Below are positions 21,647-32,146 of a stretch of DNA of 34,756 nucleotides, piece by piece; the first letter of the stretch is position 1; every line of letters starts with the position of its first letter. The notes under the pieces are model-generated. The model ran no database searches, was not told where the DNA came from, and saw only the letters and a list, made by a program, of their open reading frames with translations. Origin of the DNA: Piptocephalis cylindrospora (lineage: Eukaryota); NCBI GenBank assembly GCA_003614145.1, contig KZ987738.1, forward strand, positions 1 through 34,756. Direction: 5' to 3'. A program made the translations under genes and the position numbers.

Positions 21647-23223
21647 AGAAAGTAAATGTGGATGTGAGGAGGAATCCTGGATGGAGGATGACAACGAGTC
21701 TCAAAGGTAGAATAAAAAAGCTATATTCCTCATCAGTCAAATCTACTTACAGAGAGGAGATCATGTTGGAAGGACAGGCTCTACCTTTTTCTCTGAGGAT
21801 CCACTTCTCAAGTCCAGCTTATCTTTCCAACAGCACCGACACAAGGCACAGACACACCCCGCTCATCACACCACCACCACCTCGTAGATCCCCTGCTTCT
21901 AAAGAGGGGATGAGCAAGGGTAGAGTGAGACAGGGAGGAAGGAAGGGGAGGAGGGTCACAACACCGCTGATCACTCCTCCCTCCGTGTCACATGATCACT
22001 CATGGGGAGGACTTGGGCATGCTCGGTGGTTGTCGGTCACACTCTTTATCCTATTGGCTCACAAACTAGATCACATGATGATCGTTATGCTCATTGGCCA
22101 ATAAGCTATATCTAGTGTCACAGTCGTTCTTATTAGTTAAGATCCTCCATGTGCTGAGCGTCGTCTCCTCTCACTGGCTGATCAGACTCGGGACTGTCCG
22201 AACCCTACTCTCATTGGATCATCTTCTAGTCCTAAAGGGGCATGAATATCTCTTAGGATCCGCATCCTCATCGCCTACGAACCATCTAAGCCCCTTTGAA
22301 CGTGTGTGTGATCCTTGTCGACGACCCTGTCATACCCATACACCCAGAAAATGCTCATGGAATAGAGCCCACTTGCTTCCCAAGAGAACAACGAACCCTT
22401 GTCATCATCAGACTCGGAGAATCCTCCCCCTTGGCCTTTCCTCGTGGGTCTTCCCAAGGGGACATCCAATGGAACGTAGGATCAAAGAAGTGCCTCGCAC
22501 ACATACACGCATACACACACATATATGGACCATCGATCCTACCATCACCATAAACGTCGTCACCCTTGCACACTGCATCATACCCAGTCATGTACCCACA
22601 CATCTCGGCGAAGAACGGATGGTGAATGGGGAGAGAAGGGGAGGTGTGGACGCAGATACAGTAGATCCACTTCAAGCCCTCTCCTCTCTCTCATCCTTAG
22701 CTCAAAGGGATAATGGGGGAGAGTAACATCAATAATACTATTGGTATTATTATTAGGATCTCCCTCATCGCCACCGTTGCAATGTCTTGGCCTCCTCACA
22801 TCCTCCTTGTGTCTGACGTGCTAGGGAAATGGTTCAACAAGAAGGCCCTTCCTCCCTTTTCTTATGTGTGAGAGTCGGAGCCACAACCAGTAGGTTGATT
22901 TCCCCTGGTCAGAGTGACCGTATGACACATCCTCTCTCTGTCTGTGTGTCTGTACGAGGTTGCTCCCATCTTTTCCACTCCACGGGTTGCTGAGTCATCC
23001 TAACACCACCAATACGTGCAGCCCCACCAATCAGCGCTCTTCCCTGGTCGGATTCCTGATCTGGTAGGGCTTCTCGCCTCAGCGCTCCCTCCTCTCCCTT
23101 GTGTCCCCGCCCCAGACCATACACCCAGCGGGGAGGCCCACACACACACACACAGTGAGAGACCCACAACACCCACACCCAATGCAAGCCCTAGTGACTT
23201 CCATGACCAAGTTGCTGCCCCAC

Positions 23224-23232
23224 TATATAAAA
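23224..23232 (+). promoter_or_regulatory. Candidate TATA box (TATATAAAA) of the winged-helix gene
   Basis: Consensus TATA about 285 nt upstream of ATG 23511, followed by a CT-rich leader; CCAATCA lies at 23027. Confidence 0.55.
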
Positions 23233-23510
23233 GGACTGTGTGCCTCGGGCCACCAGCCCGTCCCCATTCCCTTCCCTTCCTCCCTCCCTCCCTTCCCCTT
23301 TCACTTTTCAAACTTCATCTGCTTAAGGCTCTCCCACTTGTTGCTCAAAACATCCTTCATATCCCCTTACCTACCCCTCTCAAGTATCTGCCTTCACACT
23401 CGTTCCCCTCCGCAAAACCACATTTACTGCTGCCACTCAGCTTTTCTTATCTTACACTATCCTCTCTCACTGTCAAATACTCCCTTCCTTCCCCTCCTCT
23501 CCCCCTCACA

Positions 23511-25980
23511 ATGGCGGCTAAAAGCCCTCCTGGCCCAAGTCCAATGACCACAAGGTCCTCAAGGACACGTACCACCACCCTCCCATCTTCCCCTTCCCCC
23601 TCTCCTTCCACACCTGTACACACTCCTCCTTCCAGTGGAAAGGCTTCTTCCTCCGAAAAAACAGTATCCTCGACAAAATCCAAGGAAAAAAGTGACCCTT
23701 CAGCCCTCAATCTCTCCAAAGACCCCGTAGATACTGCCACCTTTCCCACTCAAGCGGATCAGAAGGCCCTGGAAAAGCTCAATCTTCCTCCTTCCATCTT
23801 TCCACTCCCTTTGGGTGACTCAAGAGACCGAGTCTTCCTCGCCGTCATACGTACCCTTCTTGTTTTGGAGAATGAGCCCTGCTCTACCCGAGACTTGACC
23901 AACCATATCCTCAAACATGGATATACTACCCTAGGAGGCTCCACCCCAGCTGCCACTGTCAGCTCCCGTATCTCCCAGCATTACTCTAGGGCCATCAAGG
24001 ACTCCAGATCTCCCATCCTCGAGCGGGTTTACACGGGCGCCGATCGTAGCTCTAGGCATATCAAGTACCGCTTGGCCCATCGTACCGATCTGGTCGCTAC
24101 CCCCGCCCGTATCCAGCATAAATCATCCGCTCACACCGCCTCCTCTACTAACTCAATCCGGAGACCTGTACCCTCCGTCCCCTCTCAGGGCCCCTCCACC
24201 ACCCCTTCCGGCCCCTTAGTTCCTCGTCGCACCACCAGGGTTAAGCGTCCTTCTTCTCGTCAGGGAAAGAGGAAGAAGGTCGGGGCAGGATGGGCCACAC
24301 GTCCATCACGAAGACAACTTCGGGAGGAAGATGTTGAAGAGGACTCAACCTCCGTTCCTCAACGTGCGACTAGTCCTGTAGATGATGATACTGACTGGGA
24401 AGAGGAAGAGGAGGGTGAGGAAGAGGACATGCATAGGGTCAAGAAGAGTTCTCGAGACCATGAGCATCTTATTCCTTCCTCTATTGGACCCAGGAAGAGG
24501 CGTCGAAGAGACGATAATGAGAACGAGGATGAAACGGAAACTGAAACTGAAATTGAGGACTATAAGGATCATCCCATCCTGGTTAGGCCAAGAAAGTCCT
24601 CTCCTCCTCCTCCCTCAAGTGCTCATCATCCCAAATCATCCACACATCCCTCTCAGCAACAACAACGTCACCTCACGGTCCCAAGGCCTATTCCCATGCC
24701 CAGGAAATCCTACTCCTTTGACAGTGTTTCTTCAGTCACCTCCGCTGACCTGCCCTACATGGAGGAATTGGACAATCTTAATGATGTACCCTCCTCCTCC
24801 TCCTCCTCATCCCAAGAGCCGAGAACATCTACCATAAAAGCTCCCCATTCCAGGGACGATGAAGAGGAGGATGGAGTGAATGGCCATCCTTCCTGGAGCT
24901 TCTCATCATCCCCATCCCCCATTCTGGCTCAATCCCCTGGTATCCCAGTTCCTGGGCTTGTCCATGAAATGGGATCGGATGGAGTGGATGAGGAATTTTT
25001 CAGTGCATGTATCCTTCCTTCTCAAATCATCTCTTGTGACTCTCCCTCCTCCCAGGCCACTACCAGGCCTTCCTCCGCGGGCATGGATCAGACCAATGAT
25101 GATCCCTGGTCTGGCGTCCCTGTCTCAGCTGTTGACCTCTCCCCTCCCATCCCTCCCCCCCACCGAGCTGGAGTACTGTAGGGCCTATTCGGATGACGAG
25201 GAAGATGAGGAGCATCTGGAGGAGGCCAAGCGCTTCCCTCACTACTCTTCCTACTCCCCCTCCCTTCCCCTCCTCCCACGACTTCCCGGTGATGATTCCT
25301 CTACCCTTTCTTCCCCCACCAAGCAATTTCCTCGGCCCTTTCGTGCTCATCCCACCCCCTTCCACTACCCTGCTCTACCCGGAAAATCTGACCAACTCCT
25401 CTTTGAAGAAGTCGGCAACCCCGAGGAGACTGAGTTGACCCAAGTTGACCAGTGGTTTGAGGAGGATCTGGCTCATCGGCAACGCGATATCAAGAAGGAT
25501 GACAATAATGAGGGGGATGAAGAAAGGGAGAAGAGGGAAGATGATAATGTCTTGGCCTTTGCTACCACCTCCCCCCGCCTCATCCCTACCGCTATTTCCC
25601 CCTCCTCTTTCGCCTCCTCTTCCCGCTCCTACGAGGAGGACGAGTCTCCCCGCCATCTAAGGAGGGACAAGGGTAAGGGAGCAGAGGAGGAGGGTGGCCG
25701 TGTCACTCCCACCCCATCAGGCTCCATCCTTATCCAACCTGGCCTTGTCTCCCCCCCACCCGATACCCTTTTTCATTTTGATCCTAAAAAAGAGGAAGGT
25801 GAGAATGATTTCTCTGGCGAAAATAAAGGAATCAAGAATGGTGGGAGTCAGTCTAGTAAGAAGGACCATTCTTCCGGAGCATCCTCCAACGTCGGATCCT
25901 CCTCGTACCATCGACTCCTCTCTCTCTTCCCCTCTATCTCTGGCCCCATTGATCAATTGTACCCAGGAAGGATACTTTAA
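23511..25980 (+). CDS. Nuclear protein with an N-terminal HARE-HTH/Gds1-like winged-helix domain and a long disordered tail; frame broken (+1) near 25155-25161
   Basis: Domain DRVFLAVIRTLLVLENEPCSTRDLTNHILKHGYTTLGGSTPAATVSSRISQHY carries a G-x-TP-x-AT winged-helix motif. NLS-like KRKKV and RKRRRR. The first frame stops at 25181, while coding-like sequence continues in the +1 frame to 25980. Confidence 0.75.
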
Positions 25981-26354
25981 AGGGCAGGAAAAGGGAGCTT
26001 CAAGGTTTCCCCTTCCCCTCGCACGGGTATTGAATATGGGATGCGCGTGCGTCATATGCGTGTGCTCTGTAGCAGTTTCACTGATTTCTTCTGAGGTGAT
26101 GTGTGTGTCTCTGTCTGTGTATAAATCACCCAGTGTGTTTTCAATTTGATCGACTTTTTCTTATTCTTATTCATCTTGCATGTTATTCTTATTAAGTCAT
26201 TCACAGCATTATAATCGCCCACCCAAGGGTCATGACTCAACAAAGACGCATGAATACTGAAAATTCAATGTACAACGAAATGAACCTTGGCCTACTGTAC
26301 ATTCATCCCGTTCACAGTAGCAAGTCAGTAATAACATTGAACTCATCCACATGA

Positions 26355-27181
26355 TCAGGATGCAGAGAGCACCTTATCATCCTCTTCCTTTCTGGCATGT
26401 TGAGGAGCATGTTGAGGGACATTGGGAAGGTTATGCTTCGCAGGAGTCACCTCACCAGCAGGAACATCCGGAAGGGATTGCTCCATCCGCTCGGGAGTGG
26501 AAGTTAGGGCAGCCAACTCTTCCTCGGCCTCAGCGTCCATTTCTGGGGTCGACACCCCTGCCAGAAGCTCTTCCACCTCCTAATAATGGAATTGTGAAAT
26601 GATCAGTAAAGAGCCAGTGGAAGTCCATACTGGGACCAAGAAGGCACTTACCTGTTGATATGCCACCCCCTCGGCCGTCTCATCCATCAATCTCTCCACA
26701 TCGTCTATGGGCATTTCCCGATTCAGTTGCCCAAGAGCAGCATTACCCTGAGCAAGGCTTTCAAAGACTCCTTGTTGCATTGACATGAATTCCACCGAGT
26801 GAATCTAGATGGGAATAGAATGAAGTAAGATAAAAAGGTCATTAGAGCAATAATCCGCCACACTGACCATCTGGTACACTTGCTCCATCTGGCCCTCGGT
26901 CTTGGTAAGCAGCCCAGCTTGAAAGCGCTTCTTCCGCAGCGCAAGCCTGGCTCTCGCTTCATCTCCTTTGGCAAGGCACTGGCGCGCCACCTGAGTTTCC
27001 TTGTCCATGACCAGTTGCAGCTAGATGGGATAGATGAGTGAAGGGGAGGAACAAAATCCTGCTCTGTCTCTTCTTTCCAGCTCTATACCTTTGTTCGGTA
27101 ATCATCTAGCCGGTCACGCTGGACTTTCAAATCCAAGATGGCCTGATCCCTTGGAGTAATCTTGGAGGAGGAGGACCCCAT
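26355..27181 (-). CDS. VPS20: ESCRT-III subunit Vps20/CHMP6 (Snf7 family). Exons 27181-27089, 27020-26868, 26804-26652, 26579-26355
   Basis: N-myristoylation-type start MGSSSSK, then ITPRDQAILDLKVQRDRL, ARLALRKKRFQ, LAQGNAAL, IDDVERLMDETAEGVAYQQEV and an acidic tail with LPDVP. Three GT-AG introns. Confidence 0.95.
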
Positions 27182-28355
27182 GAAGCTGTAGCGATGTTAA
27201 CGTTGGTTAGGGGGAAGGAGTGTGTGTGTGAAGGAAGGAGAATATTATTATTATGTCACACCCTGGCTGTCTTGTGCCCTGATATATCAAGGACGATGGG
27301 GAATTAACGTTCCGCACGAGTCAGCTCATGCAGAATTGTACCAAAAACTAGGACTGGGTATATTCCCAGTAACAAGGTGTAAGCAGTGGATCGTCCAAGA
27401 CTAGCCCAGGGCGGGTCTGACTCCCACGATCCAATCCATAATAATACATAATAGTATATGGATGCAGAAAAGTATACCTCTTTCCAATTCACTCATCCAT
27501 TGCATTGTGTGTTTCAACACATTATAACAATTTAAAACTACCTTGGAATACTTTCCATCGATAGTTCGAATTCTATACGTCATGCTCACTTGCGCTATTC
27601 ACTTGACCCTCTACACACCGCTTTATCTGACCATCTTGCGAATTGCTAATGTAAGCGTCTCTTTCAAGGGTTACTCAATTCTTTGAAGAGACAGTGATGT
27701 TTGTCCCTTTCTTTGCCTGATCAGTAGCTCGTAAGCATATAGATATATTGTTAGGGGTATGGTTTAGTGGGTGAGTATAAACGGGTGGGTGAGTGAATTC
27801 AGATGTAAAGTGGCTTAATCTTCAAAGTGTATTGGGGATGTTTATCGAAAGTCCAGTATTTTATAGAGAATCACCCAGGCGGATGATTCTCTATACTTAG
27901 GACTATGCTAGGGTATCCATGTGCTGGCGACTCCTTTGCTCTGTTCATTCATGAAAAGTCCTTTCTTACTTTGGCCCCTGTCCTTTGTTTCTGGGGATTC
28001 CCACAGGCATTCCCTTCACCCGGAAGGCGCAACAACTTCCAAGTCGTTACAATATGTCCCAAGCTTGTGCTGTTATGATCTCAGTGAATTACCTTCTTAC
28101 CTTAATGGAAAATTGAATGATATATCAACTATCGTTTAGTAATAATGATAACAATGCTCATTCATTCGGGAGTACTCGGGATGCATGATTACATCATCCC
28201 ATCCACTCAGATCATCCTTGGTCTTTCGATGTGGGCGGTGTGGAAGAGTCGGGGGAAGGAAAGTCCCTTTCCCTTTTGATGAATGTTTTTAATTCAGTAG
28301 ACAAAGCCCTGTACCTCCTACCTTTCTCTCTCTATACATTTCGCTTTCTTATAAC

Positions 28356-29081
28356 ATGCAAAGATTACCTGGTCTACTACGAATCATCCAGCGCAGTGCT
28401 TACACAAGGCCCTTCTCTAGGACAATCACTGGCGTTAGCCATATTCGACCCGGCTCGTTGGCCTCCCCTCTCCGGTCATTGGCCATGACCCATGCTCAGC
28501 TCATGAGCTTTCCTTCTAGAGTCACCTTTCATACGGATATGCTTTTGCGTCAAAAGGCACGTTCATCCTCAGTTTCCCAAGAGCCACCGGCCACCCTTGA
28601 ACCATCGGATCATCCGGCTGGCCACCTCAGCATTTCTCAACGGGCTATTCAAGTAGGCACTATTCTCCACGCCGGTTCTTCTTTGATTCTCACACTCCAC
28701 TATCCGTAGAAACTAAGTGGAATCCTCGCCAAAGAGCCCAATCCGAATGCAGCATTACGCGTTCTTGTAGACTCTGGCGGCTGCCATGGCTACCAATACC
28801 GACTCGAACTGACCCAGGATGTTGCCCCAGACGATGTGTATGTGATTGTCCTTTCCATTGGCCTTTCTCTCACTGTTCCTCTTCCACTCACTCTTCCGCA
28901 TTTTTGTAGGATCCTCAGGAAAGATGGAGCTCGTGTAGTCGTGGATGCCATCTCTTTGCCTTTGATGACTGGCTCTACGGTGGATTATCAGGAGGAGCTC
29001 ATCGGGTCCATGTTCAAGATTGTCGATAACCCTCTTGCCTCCTCTACGTGTGGGTGTGATGTGTCTTTTGAGATTAAATAA
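28356..29081 (+). CDS. ISA2: Mitochondrial A-type Fe-S cluster assembly protein Isa2 (HesB/IscA family). Exons 28356-28652, 28710-28837, 28910-29081
   Basis: Arg-rich presequence. LRVLVDSGGCHGYQY is the Isa2-type GGCHG motif. Also STVDYQEELIGSMF and C-terminal CGCDVSF, giving the three conserved Cys. Confidence 0.93.
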
Positions 29082-29156
29082 AAAGTCGTATTGGGTGATT
29101 ATTTATTTCTTCGCATGTATGGGAGGATCCTTCCTCCCCTCTCTCCAAGCCTTAGA

Positions 29157-31837
29157 TTATCGTGCTGATTGAGTTTGTCGGCTGAAGGTTAAGAGTTCCT
29201 TGACAGCCTGCCGGACCCGTGGGTCTGAGTGCTGGACCTGCAAGGAGCTCATTTCCCATAGAGTGGAGGCAAAGGGATTGGACAGGGCAATGTCCTCCAC
29301 CAAACCTTGATAGACACCATCTCCGGCACGATCCTCAGTCGAGAGAAGGGCTTGGACCCTGGGGTATTTGACAAGGACACGGTGAATGAGAGAGACGGAA
29401 CCGAGGACGGTGGAGACAGGGACCCAGAGACACAAGGTGGCTAGGCGTTTGGTGAAGGCAGCTACACGGTCTGCTGGGGCCTTGGACCGCCGGAGGAGCA
29501 GGAGATCCAGGGCTCGGAGCATAAGCTCTGATTCAGTGGCCAGCCTGGCTACCTCCACTTCCTCCTCACTCGCCTTTCCCTTCCTTGGCCCAGCTGAGGC
29601 CTCGTTTAACTGGGTTTCCAGAGTAGAGGAAAGAGCCAAGCGGGGGATGAGAGAGTAGAGATGACTATCAAAGTCCCTAAGATCAATGTTTAGGGCCTCT
29701 CCCTGGCCAGAAAGTAGGGTAAAAGCCGTGACGACACACAGGAGGGAAGAACGTACGGTAGGGGTGTGGTCCTCCGAGCCCAATCCTTCCTCTTCATCTT
29801 CATCCTCGCCCATGCCCTGATAAGTGGAGGAGCCACCTCGCATAATACGCTTAAGAAGTTCGAGGAGATCTGTGAAAAAGTCGACACTGATTAGATGGGC
29901 AAATCTAAGGGAGGGAGGGAGGTGAGGAATGTGAATGAGCAAGCTAGCCCGTGGACCCATAAAAGACCTTTTCGGAAAAACGACTTACTTGGCAAGACCC
30001 TCCAGGGTGGCAGGAAGAAGGGATGAGGTGGAAGCATGCTTAAGGATGCGAAAGTAGACGACAAAAACGAGCTTGAGGGTCTCGTTGTGCATCTTTTGAC
30101 GCTCCTCCCGACTGTACTCAGCCTCAGCTTCACGTAACTCCCGGTCAATGACCTTTTGTTCCTTGGAGATTTTGCGTTGACGTTTGGACTGATACTGCCC
30201 CGGAGAAGCGGCCTTGCCCTTCTTGCGCTTCTTCTCGGGAGCGGTATCAAAGGACCGCTCGACTCTTCCATCGACATCCATCTTGACTCCATGCAACTCT
30301 TCTCGGAGCCGAAGGTGAAAGAAGACCTTGACCACTTCCTCGTGTACAACATAAGATCTAGATTTGATCATCTTGGTGAGGATACGGACGGCGTCCAGGG
30401 ACACCTCGCCGGAGGGATCCTCACGGAAGAGGGCAATGAGGGCGTCTGCGCACATCTTGGAAGCAGAGGTGAACTTTAGCGAGCTGAGACGGGTGACAAT
30501 GAGAATGAGGAGGTTGCTACGGAAGTTAAAGTGAGGATGGGCAAGGAGGAGCTGACAGGCACATTTGATGGCCGTTTCTGCGAGGCCTTCCTCCTTCGTG
30601 GCTAAAGGGATGGGTGAATGGGTAAGCTGGTCGGTGAGCTGTGGATGGTCTCATTCTTCTCCACTTACATTTCATGATGCGACCAAGAGAATGGAGGAAA
30701 ACTTGATAGTTACCAAGGAGAATCTCCTCAAACTGACGGATCTTCTTGATATCCTTGCTGACCTTGGCAGTCTTTTCCTCCTCGGTAAGTGAACGGATAC
30801 GGTAACCGGGGATAATATCCTTGAAGACGGTGAGCTGAGTCAGGAGACCCAAGCGACGCTTCTTGATGGCAAGGGAGGAGTGGCCCTTTGGGGAGGCGGA
30901 TAGAGTTTGCAGGGTCTTGAGCTGCTCCACGTGTCTTTCTGGATCTTGAAGAAGATCTGAAGCAATGGAGGCCAAGGATTCCTTGAAAGAGTCGAGAGAT
31001 GTAGCAGAGGCATGCCCCTCTGGCGGGGAAGAGGCAGATTGGCGTGCGCCCTTCCGACCACCCTTTCCAGTCATCTCTTCCTTTTCGTCCGAGGATCCCA
31101 TATCCATGGCAAAGTCCTCTTCTTGGGGATCTGAGTGTTGATGGTAGAGGGTGAGATGCAAAAGCTTACAAGGCGGCTTCTATCGACTGTCACTTACCTT
31201 TATTATCGTCGAGTTGATCCAGACGGACTCGTTCCACCCGTCGCTCTAGACGACCATCAGCATGCTTGACGGGAAGTCGCTCTTTCATGGAAATTTTCTC
31301 CGCTTCTGTTTCCCTGCGAATCTCGTAGGTTTCTTCTGCCCTTCCCTCCTCCTCCTCCTCCTCTGTATCCTGATCCTCTTCCATGGCCTCTCCATCCTCC
31401 TCCTCATCGGACGACTCTAGACTAGGAAGGTCGTCCTTTTCAGTAGTATTGAGAGACTTGGATCTTGGCTGAGTCTCCTTCTTTTTCTTCCAATCCTTTC
31501 GTTTGGAGATGGCCTTGGCGGAGAGAGAGGAGAGGAACCCGGTGAATTCCTTGTGCTCCTGAAAGAAGGCCATGTCATCTTCGGCCAAGTCGCCTAATGC
31601 ATCATCCTCAGCGTCCTCTTCATCCCGAGTAAGAGTGACGTTAGGAATGTCAATGTGAGTCTTCTTCTTAGTCTTTTTCTGTTGGGCCGCACCCTTCGCC
31701 TCGGCTTGTCCCCCAGCTTTGGGTTGGGATGTGGGGTTGGATCGTTTAGTAGCGGTGGCCAGCTGTGCCTTTCCGGCTGCCGTCTTGGTCTTGGGCTTTC
31801 CACCCTTTCCAGATTTATTTCCTCGCTTGATGGCCAT
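29157..31837 (-). CDS. NOC3: Nucleolar complex-associated protein 3 (Noc3p and CBF/Mak21 domains). Exons 31837-31198, 31130-30669, 30601-29989, 29904-29157
   Basis: Motifs RLPVKHADG, VFKDIIPGYRIRSLTEEEK, HPHFNFRSNLL, ETLKLVFVVYFRILK, LEGLAKFAHLISVDFF, GQGEALNIDL, RVAAFTKRL and NPFASTLWE. Three GTAAGT introns keep the frame. Confidence 0.96.
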
Positions 31838-32146
31838 CAGACTTGACAGGAGCAGTGGAGAGGGAAGTGGGATAGGATAGGATGGGAGAAGATAAAGAGT
31901 TGGTGTTGTCTATTCTCTTTGCACATACTAACGCTTCATTTAGTGCCATGCTAATTCTCCCTCTGTGGGTGTGTTGTGTGGATGTCTGTGTGGAAAAAAA
32001 GAAAAAAAAGACAAATATCCGTGGGGGGGATCGGCATGACGCACTGAAGTGAGGGAATGGGTAGAAGCAAGGGCACATGCTTATGGAAGAGGGCTCCAGT
32101 CCATCCATCTTCCTCAAATATCCTTTGTCCTTCTCTCTCCTCACCC

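Noticed and set aside
22094..22726. 210-aa intergenic ORF
   Set aside because: Starts at TTG, crosses CA-type simple repeats, and has no codon-bias signal, motif or splice structure that I can see.
23016..23510. Upstream extension of the 721-aa ORF
   Set aside because: Non-ATG start that reads through the TATA box and CT-rich leader; ATG 23511 (ACAATGG) is the credible start.
27850..27904. Hairpin considered as a SECIS or iron-responsive element for ISA2
   Set aside because: It is not in a 3' UTR, has no SECIS quartet geometry, and no in-frame TGA selenoprotein candidate exists in the window. The loop is not CAGUGN.
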